Shown here: positions 1 to 9,276 of the stretch, piece after piece
Numbering within the stretch: the stretch's first letter is position 1
How the letters are laid out: each line of letters opens with the position of its first letter
Origin: Methanothermobacter thermautotrophicus str. Delta H
GTDB lineage: Archaea; Methanobacteriota; Methanobacteria; Methanobacteriales; Methanothermobacteraceae
Direction of reading: 5' to 3'
Assembly (NCBI RefSeq): GCF_000008645.1
Contig: NC_000916.1
Location: 390,001 to 422,000 of the forward strand
DNA length: 32,000 nt
Position numbers and translations under genes: made by a program
The notes under the pieces: model-generated
Databases searched by the model: none
Told to the model about the DNA's origin: nothing
What the model saw: only the letters and a program-made list of their open reading frames with translations

Positions 1-572
1 AGGCTGCTTCAGCTGGAACCGGAACCATAGAACCCGAACACCTCATGGAGAAGGTTCGGATCGGGAAATCCAGGGCACTCTACATAATCGTCCTTGACAC
101 CTCGTCATCAATGAGACTTGAGAGGAAGATAAAATTTGCAAAGACGGTCTCATGGCTGCTCCTGAGGGACTCCTATGAAAAGAGGAACAGGATAGCCCTC
201 ATAGCCTTCAGGGGATATGAGGCAAACCTGGTGGTTGAGCCCACATCGAATCTTGAGACCGTTGAGGAGGCCCTTGAGGGTCTCAGGTCAGGCGGGAGGA
301 CACCCCTCACACCGGCACTCAGACTGGCAGCTGAGGTTGCATCATCATCCAGCGATGAGGCATGCACAGCCGTTGTAATATCAGACGGCCGCTGCAACGT
401 ATTCATCAACTCCAACCTCGAGGAGGACATGAATATGCTTGAAACTGAACTGAGGAACCTGAACCTTTTATTCGTTAATGCAGAACCCGAGAAGAGGAGC
501 CTGGGTATACTTGAGGACATGGCGTCACGCTTTGGCTCTGAAATCTTCTACCTTGATGATATACTGATCTAG
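1..572 (+). CDS. VWA-domain protein, chelatase D-subunit-like (ChlD/BchD/CobT-type C-terminal module); probably 5'-truncated by the window edge
   Basis: ORF track 45..572. It has a MIDAS-like DTSSSM motif and GGRTPL, typical of VWA/chelatase D subunits. The same frame has no stop between nt 3 and the ATG at 45, so the protein may continue upstream. It is clustered with a cobN-like gene. Stop codon is TAG at 570-572. Confidence 0.7.
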   Translation, partial: AASAGTGTIEPEHLMEKVRIGKSRALYIIVLDTSSSMRLERKIKFAKTVSWLLLRDSYEKRNRIALIAFRGYEANLVVEPTSNLETVEEALEGLRSGGRTPLTPALRLAAEVASSSSDEACTAVVISDGRCNVFINSNLEEDMNMLETELRNLNLLFVNAEPEKRSLGILEDMASRFGSEIFYLDDILI

Positions 573-617
573 GACTTTGGGAGTTTATGAAAAAACATGA
601 CACGCATGGAGGTGTGA

Positions 618-1172
618 TTGTTGTTTAGATTCAGAGATTTCACAACAGCTGATCTGGCCTTCACGGGCCTCATAATAGCCCTGATGTACATCGTTCAGAC
701 GGTGACCATCCTTGGTGTTGCAGCCATAACACCTGTGGATGCATTCAAGTCGATTGCATCCGCCTTCTTTGTCTGCATCGTCATAAGCGTTGGACTTGCA
801 AAGGTGGGAAAGATAGGCACCTTCACCCTGATAGGCCTTGTTAACGGGATAATCTGTGGACTCATAATGCCCGCATTCCTTCCCCTACTACCCGCGACCT
901 TCCTGGGAGGCCTTGCAGCGGATGCCGCCGTCGGGTTGAAATACGGCGTCTACTCTTCAAGGAATTCCCTTCTAGTGGGCTGTGGTGTTGATAAGTTCAT
1001 CGAGACCCTCGTCATCCTCACGGTTCCCTTCCTCTTCGGGTTCTCCAGCTTCATGCTGGCACCGGCACTGATAATCATATCTGCCATAACAGTATCTGTC
1101 CTTGGAATGCTGGGTGCCCTTGTGGGTTACGGTATCATAAATGAGCTCAGAAGGGCCGGCGCCCTGGATTAA
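618..1172 (+). CDS. Small polytopic membrane protein, putative ECF-transporter substrate-specific (S) component of unknown specificity
   Basis: 184 aa, hydrophobic throughout (about 5-6 helices), with a basic patch near the C-terminus (ELRRAG). A strong RBS GGAGGTG lies at 608-614, followed by TTG at 618/621. The stop overlaps the start of the next gene (TAATG at 1170-1174). It lacks the MHIP-type N-terminus of CbiM/NikM. Confidence 0.6.
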   Translation: MLFRFRDFTTADLAFTGLIIALMYIVQTVTILGVAAITPVDAFKSIASAFFVCIVISVGLAKVGKIGTFTLIGLVNGIICGLIMPAFLPLLPATFLGGLAADAAVGLKYGVYSSRNSLLVGCGVDKFIETLVILTVPFLFGFSSFMLAPALIIISAITVSVLGMLGALVGYGIINELRRAGALD

Positions 1173-1930
1173 TGTCTCATGGAGGTCTTTCATTGGACCT
1201 TAAGGCCGTGTTCTCACCATTCACATCAACCCCTGAGGGGTTCCTTGTGGAGGTAAACCCCCTCTCAAAGCTCACTGTGGTGGTATCCGCCACGCTACTG
1301 TCTACATTCATATCAGACCTGACTCTCCTGATAATCATGGGAGTCATTTTCACGGCACTGATAGCCCATTCAGGGTCCCTGAGGTTTGCAGCACCCTTCC
1401 TCTCATTCATCATCCTTTTCTGGCTGGTTTCCCTTGCCATTATCATGGTGCTCTCAGGTAACCCACACACCATGGGATTTCTGAGCCTCTTCTTCGCCCG
1501 TTTCTTCATAATATCAGCGGCAGGACTATCCTTTGCATTCACTACCGAGCCTCAGAAGCTTGCAGAGTCCCTCAGATCCGTCAGAATCCCCGGGGAGATA
1601 GTTTTCACACTCACAGTCGCCCTCAGATACATACCGGCCCTTGCAGTGGAGGCCTCCTCCATATGGGACTCCCTCAAACTCAGGACCAGTCTTTCAGGAT
1701 CTTCCATCATCAGGAGGCCTTCCCTCCTCTACAGGGGACTCATAATACCCATGATAATAAGGACTGTGAAGATTTCAGATGAGGTGGCCATCGCTGCAGA
1801 GACCAGGGGCTTTAACCCTCGTGAAGGTCCCGTAGGGAGTCTCATGTTAAGCGGGAGGGATATCACCTTTTTAGCATTCTTCACTGTTATCTTCGCATCC
1901 CTCGTGATAATGGATGGGGCGGTGGTCTGA
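1172..1930 (+). CDS. cbiQ: ECF transporter transmembrane T component (CbiQ/EcfT family)
   Basis: 252 aa polytopic protein with the C-terminal Ala-x-x-x-Arg-Gly coupling motif (IAAETRGF). It is translationally coupled to both neighbours. Confidence 0.8.
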   Translation: MSHGGLSLDLKAVFSPFTSTPEGFLVEVNPLSKLTVVVSATLLSTFISDLTLLIIMGVIFTALIAHSGSLRFAAPFLSFIILFWLVSLAIIMVLSGNPHTMGFLSLFFARFFIISAAGLSFAFTTEPQKLAESLRSVRIPGEIVFTLTVALRYIPALAVEASSIWDSLKLRTSLSGSSIIRRPSLLYRGLIIPMIIRTVKISDEVAIAAETRGFNPREGPVGSLMLSGRDITFLAFFTVIFASLVIMDGAVV

Positions 1931-3373
1931 TTGGACGCAATCCTCCTTGATGGTGTGAGCTACCGGTACCCCAATCAGGAGCGGCTGGCCCTCAGGGACG
2001 TCAGCTTAAGGGTTAAAAGGGGTGAATCGGTCTTCATCACAGGAAGAAGTGGGAGTGGAAAATCAACCCTTGCAAGGGCAGTAACTGCGGTGATACCCTC
2101 CATGATGGGAGGGGAGATGGATGGAACAGTCAGGGTGATGGGCAGGGACACAGACTCCCTCACCCCCGGGGACCTTGCAGCGGATGTTGGATACGTCTTC
2201 CAGAATCCTGAGTCCCAGTTCTTCACATTGAATGTTAATTCGGAGGTATCCCTGGGGCCAGATACCCTCCAGCTGGATAAACGTGAGGAACGCGTGGAGG
2301 ATGCGCTCCGGAGGGTTGGTATGGAGCATAAGAGGCATGAAAGCGTTTTCAACCTCTCAGAGGGTGAGAAGCAGAGGGTTGCAATAGCATCACAGCTCTC
2401 CATGTCCCCTGAAATCCTCCTCATGGATGAGCCAACATCCAACCTGGATCAGGGATCCACCGATGACCTTTTCAGCATCCTCAAAAACCTTAGGGATAAA
2501 ACACTGATCCTGATTGACCACAGAACTTACAGGGTCCCTGAGGTCTTTGACAGGGTCGTGGTGATGGATGAGGGCATGATCGTTGAGGAGACAGACACTG
2601 ATAACCTCCTGGACCCTGAATTCAGGGAAAGGTACGGTCTGAGGTCTCCATCTCCAGGTTTCAATCAGAGGTCCTGTGGAGGGCGCGGTCTGAGGCCTTT
2701 CTTTCAGGTTTCCACCCATCCTGAAACGAAACAGGACCCTGTACTGAGGGTAATGAACATCTCCCACACCCAGGGAGACTTCAGGCTCGATGGTGTTAAC
2801 CTGGATCTCTGGAGGGGCGAGGTCCTGGGATTGACTGGCCCGAATGGCTCTGGAAAGACGACCCTTGCAAGGCTGATTGTGGGACTCATAGAGCCGGAGA
2901 TGGGTGAGATCAGGGTTGAGGGCACCGCCGGTCTTGTGATGCAGGACCCGGACCATCAGCTGTTCATGGATACTGTGAAGAGGGAGATAACCTTCGGTCT
3001 GGATGATTATTCTGATGGGGATGTTGAGGACCTCCTTGAGACCATGAAGCTCCATCAGCTGATGGAGAGACACCCCCATTCACTCAGCGGCGGTGAAAAG
3101 CAGAGAACACTCATATCCGTTTATCTCTTCAGAAAACCAGATCTCATAATAATGGATGAGCCAACGACGGGCATGGACCTTGATAACATGAAAAGACTTG
3201 CAGGGTGGATAGGTAAACTGAAGGGAATGGGGGTGGCCATGATTCTGATCTCCCATGACCTGGAGTTCCTTCAGATGGTTGCAGACCGGACGATCATGAT
3301 GGATAACGGTGCCCTGGTCCTCCCGGATCATGAAGTAGCGGGCGCTGATTCAGTATCAACATGTTTGAGGTGA
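1931..3373 (+). CDS. cbiO: ECF transporter ATPase, fused duplicated ABC ATPase (CbiO/EcfA1-EcfA2 type)
   Basis: Two Walker A motifs (GRSGSGKST, GPNGSGKTT), two ABC signatures (LSEGEKQR, LSGGEKQR) and two Walker B motifs (LLMDEPTS, IIMDEPTT). The TTG start at 1931 directly follows the TGA of cbiQ. Confidence 0.85.
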   Translation: MDAILLDGVSYRYPNQERLALRDVSLRVKRGESVFITGRSGSGKSTLARAVTAVIPSMMGGEMDGTVRVMGRDTDSLTPGDLAADVGYVFQNPESQFFTLNVNSEVSLGPDTLQLDKREERVEDALRRVGMEHKRHESVFNLSEGEKQRVAIASQLSMSPEILLMDEPTSNLDQGSTDDLFSILKNLRDKTLILIDHRTYRVPEVFDRVVVMDEGMIVEETDTDNLLDPEFRERYGLRSPSPGFNQRSCGGRGLRPFFQVSTHPETKQDPVLRVMNISHTQGDFRLDGVNLDLWRGEVLGLTGPNGSGKTTLARLIVGLIEPEMGEIRVEGTAGLVMQDPDHQLFMDTVKREITFGLDDYSDGDVEDLLETMKLHQLMERHPHSLSGGEKQRTLISVYLFRKPDLIIMDEPTTGMDLDNMKRLAGWIGKLKGMGVAMILISHDLEFLQMVADRTIMMDNGALVLPDHEVAGADSVSTCLR

Positions 3374-3420
3374 CTGATAATGAAACTGGTATTCACTGTG
3401 GTGATGGGTGGTGGTTACTT

Positions 3421-6400
3421 ATGAAGAGGATACTTGCTGTTACCACCATGAACAACACGGCCTCACTGAAGGAGGCGCTGACCAGGATAAGGGAGGAACA
3501 TGGGGACATTGTAAGCATAACTAAGGTCTACCTTGAGAAATATGAGGACCCCCGCGTCCCCATGGACGACGTGGCTGAATACATCGATGAATCCGACATA
3601 ATACTCGTGGATATAAGGGGTAACGAGAGGATAGGGAGGGAACTCCCGGGCATCCTCAGGGACAGGGATAAGACAGTCATATCCCTGGTGTGGGGGAGCA
3701 ACCACATACTTTCCCTGACATCCATGGGCAAACTTGATCTTGGTGAACTCGTTGCAGCGGCACCTGGAAGGATAGATTCACTTGTAAGGGAGAGGGACCT
3801 TGAAGCCATACTCGAACTGCATGGGTCAGATGAGATCAGGGATGACCTCAAGAGATGGTTCCAGGCCATGGACTACTATGGGGCCGGCGACCCCGACAAC
3901 CTCATGAACCTGATACTCTTCCTCCTGGACAGCTACACAGACCTGGAGGTTCCCTTCGAGGACCCGGTGGAGATGCCGCCCTACGGCTCTACCTCCCCTT
4001 CAGGGGATTCTACAGGGACCTGGAGTCCTACAGGCGGGCTTCAAACTTCAACCCGGAGCTCCCAACAGTTGGCATGCTCTTCTATTCAGGGATGCACTTC
4101 GATGACACGAGACCCCTGGTTGAGGAACTCTACAGTCGCCTCCATGGAAATGTGAACTGCACCGTGGTCTTCTCGGACGTCGAGAACAACCTGAGGGCCA
4201 TCGAGGAGTACATGGGGGACGTGGACCTCTTTGTCAACATGCAGTACTTCCAGCTGAACCGGGCCCCCTGGGCGGCGACCCTGAGGCCACAAGGAGGCTC
4301 CTGAGGAGGATAGGCGCCCCATACCTCATCTGCCTGAGGGGCTATGAGACAGACCTCGACGAATGGGAGGCAGGTGGTGATGGCCTCAACCCGATGGAGA
4401 TAGTTCTTGGCATAACACTCCCTGAACTTGACGGAGGCTTTGAACCGGTATTCACGGCGGGTATGAGGACTCTCAATGACCCCGACCTGGGGGAGGTGAG
4501 GGTTGTTGACGTGGTGCCAGAGCGCATGGACAGATTCGCTGCAAGGATACTCAACTGGCTGAAGCTGAGGACAATGGAGAACCATGAGAAGAGGATAGGG
4601 ATAATCCTCTATGACTACCCTCCGGGGGAGGCCAACCTTGGAAACGCGGGCTACCTTGACGTATTTGAAAGCCTGGAGGTTTTCCTCAGGAGGCTGAGGG
4701 AGAGGGGATACAGTGTGAGGATACCTGATGAACCCATCAAGGATATTCTCATGAGGGAGGGACTCATCAACAGTCCATCCTACCATGAATATGGCGGCCA
4801 GAGGATCCCCCTCAGTGATTACCTGGAATTTTTCAGTCGTCTGCCAGAGAGGATCCAGGATGATGTGAGGGCAAGGTGGGGCGAACCACCGGGGGAGCTG
4901 ATGGTTGATGGTGATGACATCATCATCCCGGTGACTGAACTGGGCTCGGTCTACCTGTGCATACAGCCCTCCCGCGGGATCATGGAGACCGACAGCTACC
5001 ATAGCAGGGATAATCCACCCCACCACCAGTACCTGGCCTTCTACGCCTACCTCAATTCACTGGGACTTGACGCCATCATCCACTTCGGGATGCACGGGAC
5101 CCTTGAGTTTCTGCCCGGAAGGGAGACCGCCCTGGGGGCTGAATGCTACCCTGACCTGCTCCTGGGGGAGCTCCCCAACATATACCTTTACTGGGCAGGT
5201 AACACCTCAGAGTCGACCATAGCAAGAAGAAGAACCTACGCCCTCCCGGTGGCACATGCGTCACCACCTGTGAGGCAGTCTGACCTCTACGGTGACTACC
5301 TGGTACTGGAAGAACTCATCGACCAGTGGCATGGGGACCCTGATGATGGGTTGAGGGATGAAATAATTGAGAGGGCCTCACAGCTTAACCTGAGGGGGGA
5401 TATCCCTGAGATTGAGTCTGAACTCTTCAGGATGAAAAGGCGACTGATACCAAGGGGCCTTCACATAATGGACTCAGAGTGGGACCCCAATGACATGGTC
5501 AGCTACCTCCTCGGTGTACTCAGATTTGACAGGGAATACCCCTCCATCCATTCAATGGTGGCAGAGAAGCTTGGACTGGATTACAGGGGTTCAATGGATA
5601 CAGCCACAGGATGGGAGATTGAGAGGCACGCGGCTGAGGCTTTGAAGAGGATACTAACAGGGAAGTCAGTGGATCTTCCCCCTGAATACGTTGAATGGGT
5701 GCGTAGCTTATCTGAGCGTTGTGACTTCAGGGGTGAAAGCAGGGGCCTCCTTGAGGCACTTGAGGGAAGGTATGTGAACCCCTCCAGGGGCGGAGACCCA
5801 ATCAGGGACCCTGAGGTATACCCGACAGGCTACTCCATGCACGCCTTTGACCCCATGAAGATACCGGCACCCCTGGCCGAATCAAGGGGCAGGCTTGCAG
5901 CCAGAAAACTCCTTGAGGACTACCTGGAGGAAAATGGGAGGTACCCCGAGACCGTTGCAGTGGTTCTATGGGGATTCGAAACCCTTAAAACAGGTGGAGA
6001 TACCATTTCAATGATCCTGGAACTCCTGGGGGTGCGCATAAACAGGAAGTATGGTCCATGGGCAAAGAACATAGATGTCATACCCCTCAATGAGCTTGGA
6101 AGACCCAGGGTTGATGTCCTGGTGAACATCTGCGGCATATTCAGGGACACACTCGGATCCCAGATTGAGATACTTAACAGGGCCTTCAAAACTGTTGCAG
6201 GTCTTGACGAGGACCCTGAGGATAATTACATCCTGAAACACAACCTTGAGGATGGAGAGGTGAAGGTCCCCCCGAGGATATTCGGACCTGGACCAGCGGA
6301 GTATGCCAGCAGCATCCCTGATATCATAGGAGGTGGTGCCTGGGATCAGGAGGATGAACTGGCAGCAGCCTACCTGGGGGAGATGTGTTACGCCTATCTC

Positions 6401-6973
6401 CCGGATTCTGTGAGAGAGGCACCGGATGAATTCAGGAGGAACCTCCAGAGGGTTGAGCTCGTGGCCCAGGAGAGGGATAACGTGGAGTATGAGGTGACAG
6501 ACCTTGACCATTACTATGAATTCATGGGCGGCCTCACCTCCTCGGTGCGGAACCTGGGGGGTTCCTGCAGCGTCAGGGTCGTGGATTCAACTGAGGATGA
6601 AATCTACGTTGAGGGCCTTGATGAGGTTATAGGGAGGGCTGCAAGGTGCAGAATCCTCAATCCGGTCTGGCTGGATGGGATGCTCGCCCATGACCACCAT
6701 GGTGCCAAGAACATCAAGGACCGGGTGGAACACCTCCTGGGATTCTCTGCAACGACCGGTGCAGTGGATAACTGGGTCTATGATGATGTCGCAGAAACCC
6801 TGATACTTGATGATGAGATGAGGAGGAGGATCTCAGAGAACAACCCCTATGCGGCTGTGAGGATGGGTGAGATACTCCTTGAAACAGCTGAGAGGGGTTA
6901 CTGGGATGCCCCCGATGAGACCCTTAACAGGATCAGGGAGGTTTTTCTTGGCCTTGAATATGAGCTTGAATAG
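3421..6973 (+). pseudogene. cobN: CobN/ChlH-family large chelatase subunit, disrupted by two -1 frame changes (as sequenced)
   Basis: CobN-like sequence runs through three frames:
- Frame 1 from ATG 3421 (MKRILAVTTMNN...) to about 3987.
- Frame 3 from about 3988 to about 4260 (LYLPFRGFYRDLESY...QYFQLN).
- Frame 2 from about 4262 to TAG 6971-6973 (GPLGGDPEATRRLLRRIGAPYLICLRGYE...).
The ORF-track pieces are 3361..4155, 3855..4304 and 4394..6973. The joined length of about 1184 codons fits CobN. Confidence 0.8.
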
Positions 6974-7115
6974 GAAGTTTGGTAGCTCTGCATTATTAGC
7001 CCGGATGGAAATTATACGGTTGTAGCAGAATATGGACCCGGAAAGGATATCCGGTACAGAACCCGGCACCACTGCACACATAATCAACCACATGGTTTAC
7101 AGATATACATTCAAC

Positions 7116-7121
7116 TTTTTT
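7116..7121 (+). terminator. Oligo-T tract (T6), possible archaeal terminator downstream of cobN
   Basis: A T6 run lies in the AT-rich spacer, 143 nt after the cobN stop. Archaeal RNAP terminates at oligo-T. Confidence 0.25.
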
Positions 7122-7136
7122 CTTTCAATAAAAAAA

Positions 7137-7145
7137 TTAATATAA
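7137..7145 (+). promoter_or_regulatory. TATA-box-like element (TTAATATAA) with an A-rich BRE-like upstream run; predicts a leaderless or near-leaderless transcript for the sensor gene
   Basis: The element is centred about 27 nt upstream of ATG 7168. There is no SD sequence between it and the ATG. Confidence 0.4.
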
Positions 7146-7167
7146 CAGAAAAAATAATATAATATCC

Positions 7168-8946
7168 ATGCCATCTGCCCTTGTCGTCGAGGACGAGGCT
7201 GTAACCTCCCTTGAACTTTTAAGGCTCCTGGAATCCTGGGGGTATGAAACGGTCAGTGTAAAGACCGGGGAGGATGCCATTGAAACCGCGCTGAGGATGA
7301 AACCCGACGTCATCCTCATGGACATAGTACTCCCCTCAGATGTGGATGGAGTCACAGCAGCAAGGGCCATAAAGAAGGAGATGGACATCCCCCTGATTTT
7401 CATAACAGCCTACTCCAGCAGGGAGGTATTTGAGAGGGCAGCCGAGGTTGAACCTGAGGCCTACCTCCTCAAGCCCTTCAACTCCCGGGAACTTGGATAT
7501 GCAATGGAACTTGCAATCTACAAGAACCGGATCCAGAACCTGCTCTCACATACCAGCAGGAGGTACCAGGAGATACTGGAAACCACAGGTGAGGGTGTCT
7601 GCGTATTCAATGACGATGGAAGCATCCAGTACTGCAATGAGAGGATGGCTGACCTCCTCTCCATGAGAAGGGACGAGATTATCGGAAGGAAGATATTCGA
7701 TTTTATACATCCCTCTGACCGGGAGACCATGGAGCGAATACTTGATTCATGCAGAAGGGGATCCTCGGGTGAACATGAACTCCGCTTCAGGACGGATGAG
7801 GGGACAAGGTGGGTGATACTCTCAGGTCATCCCCTCATTGAATCCTCCGGCTTCAGGGGAGGATTCTGCATGTTCAGGGATATAACGCCCCAGAAGATGC
7901 TTGAAAGGATGCTGAGGAGAAACAACAGCTGCCTCAGACTTCTAAGCAGGATCAACCGCCAGGCAGCCATCTCAGCCACCCCTCAGGAATTGATGGAAGG
8001 GGTTTCCGGGATCCTGATGGAGGTCGGATACTCCGGTGCATCCTTCAGGGAATCTGATGGAACCGTGATTGCAGGGGAGGGTGAAAAAAGAGTATCACCA
8101 CTCCGGCCAGGCATCATCACCTGGGAGGATACCTCAACTGCAGTCATTGAACTTGAAGATTGCAGCAAACCCCTTTACCTTGTGGTCTCAGCCCCCAGGA
8201 TGATTGACGATGAGGAGCTGGGCTTCCTCAGGGAGATAGCATCCAGCACAGCCGGTGCCCTCAGGAGGATGGACTCTGAGCAGAGGATGAATGATATTTC
8301 CTCAAGGTACCGGGAACTCTTTGAGAATGCAGGGGATGCGATATTCCTGGTGAAGGACTTCAGGATAATAGGATGTAACAGCAGGGCCCTTGAACTCTTC
8401 GGGGGAGATGAGGAAGACATACTGGGCAGAAAACCATGGGAGCTATCACCTGAGTACCAGCACCATGGTGAATCCTCAGAAATTGCCCGGGAACTTATTG
8501 AGAGGGCAATGAATGGCGAAAAATGCGAGTTCACATGGATCCACAGAAAGATCAGCGGTGAGACATTCCCGACAAGGGTGGTCCTCAGCAGATCAGGTGA
8601 CATTGTGATGGGCATTGTCAGGGACATGACTGAACTCTACAGGGCCCACAGGAAGTTAAAGGAGGAGCACAGAAAGTTCAGGGACCTGCTGGAGTCCATA
8701 CCCGACCCTACCTTCGCCCTGGATACCCGTGGAAGGGTGATAGCCTGGAACCGTGAGATTGAGAGACTCACAGGTGTGAAAAAGGAAGAGATCCTCGGGA
8801 GGGGTAACAGGGTCTACGCAGTTCCGTTCTATGGCAGGAGGACGCCGGGGCTCCTTGAATTCCTGCTGAACCCTGGAAAGGCCCCTTCAAGGTACCGCAA
8901 CATCAGCAGGGAGGGTAATGCAATCTATGCAGAGGTCCATGTTTAG
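7168..8946 (+). CDS. Response-regulator receiver domain plus several PAS domains; N-terminal fragment of a large hybrid sensor kinase frame, ending at in-frame TAG 8944-8946
   Basis: REC motifs are present (ALVVEDE..., DVILMDIVLP, LLKPF), followed by PAS-type repeats. The last PAS fold is cut by the TAG. Confidence 0.8.
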   Translation: MPSALVVEDEAVTSLELLRLLESWGYETVSVKTGEDAIETALRMKPDVILMDIVLPSDVDGVTAARAIKKEMDIPLIFITAYSSREVFERAAEVEPEAYLLKPFNSRELGYAMELAIYKNRIQNLLSHTSRRYQEILETTGEGVCVFNDDGSIQYCNERMADLLSMRRDEIIGRKIFDFIHPSDRETMERILDSCRRGSSGEHELRFRTDEGTRWVILSGHPLIESSGFRGGFCMFRDITPQKMLERMLRRNNSCLRLLSRINRQAAISATPQELMEGVSGILMEVGYSGASFRESDGTVIAGEGEKRVSPLRPGIITWEDTSTAVIELEDCSKPLYLVVSAPRMIDDEELGFLREIASSTAGALRRMDSEQRMNDISSRYRELFENAGDAIFLVKDFRIIGCNSRALELFGGDEEDILGRKPWELSPEYQHHGESSEIARELIERAMNGEKCEFTWIHRKISGETFPTRVVLSRSGDIVMGIVRDMTELYRAHRKLKEEHRKFRDLLESIPDPTFALDTRGRVIAWNREIERLTGVKKEEILGRGNRVYAVPFYGRRTPGLLEFLLNPGKAPSRYRNISREGNAIYAEVHV

Positions 8947-8949
8947 CAC

Positions 8950-9222
8950 ATGGGCAGGCACTTCCAGCTCAAGGCATCCCCGATCTGTGATGCGGAGGAT
9001 AGAACCGTGGGGGCCATAGAGATACTGAGGGACGTTACAGATTACATTGAAACCAAGGAGAAACTCAGAAGATCAAAGAACCGTTACAGGGCAATATTTG
9101 AGAACAGGGCCACCCCCACAGCCATCACAGACCGGGAGTGGAATATCACAGGGACAAACAGGGTCTTCAGGGAACTCTTCGGTGTTGATGAGGGCTTCAA
9201 TTTAAGGGACCTGCTGGACTAG
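8950..9222 (+). CDS. PAS-domain fragment (middle piece of the same reading frame, bounded by TAG on both sides)
   Basis: It shares the frame of 7168..8946; only the codon CAC separates TAG 8944-8946 from ATG 8950. The sequence QLKASPICDAEDRTVGAIEILRDVT completes the upstream PAS fold. It ends at TAG 9220-9222. Confidence 0.5.
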   Translation: MGRHFQLKASPICDAEDRTVGAIEILRDVTDYIETKEKLRRSKNRYRAIFENRATPTAITDREWNITGTNRVFRELFGVDEGFNLRDLLD

Positions 9223-9276
9223 GATGAACTTCAGAAACTTGAGAAACTCCGGGAATCCCAGAGGGCGCTGATAAGG

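Noticed and set aside
3975-4275. Programmed ribosomal frameshifting in cobN.
   Set aside because: There is no slippery heptamer or stimulatory structure at either junction. One site is a plain sequence and the other a G/C homopolymer run typical of indel errors or mutations.
4130-5026. Long antisense ORFs inside well-supported genes, for example 4130..5026 (298 aa) opposite cobN, 2390..3079 opposite cbiO, 8175..8627 opposite the sensor gene and 31404..31991 opposite the P-type ATPase.
   Set aside because: These are typical shadow ORFs of codon-biased genes. They have no recognisable motifs, while the sense strands carry unambiguous family signatures.
8944-9222. The idea that the two in-frame TAG codons in the sensor kinase are recoded (pyrrolysine-like or suppressor read-through).
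   Set aside because: TAG is used as an ordinary stop by neighbouring genes (570-572 and 6971-6973). No pyl genes, suppressor tRNA or conserved downstream structure is visible in the window. It is kept only as a low-probability alternative in the finding.
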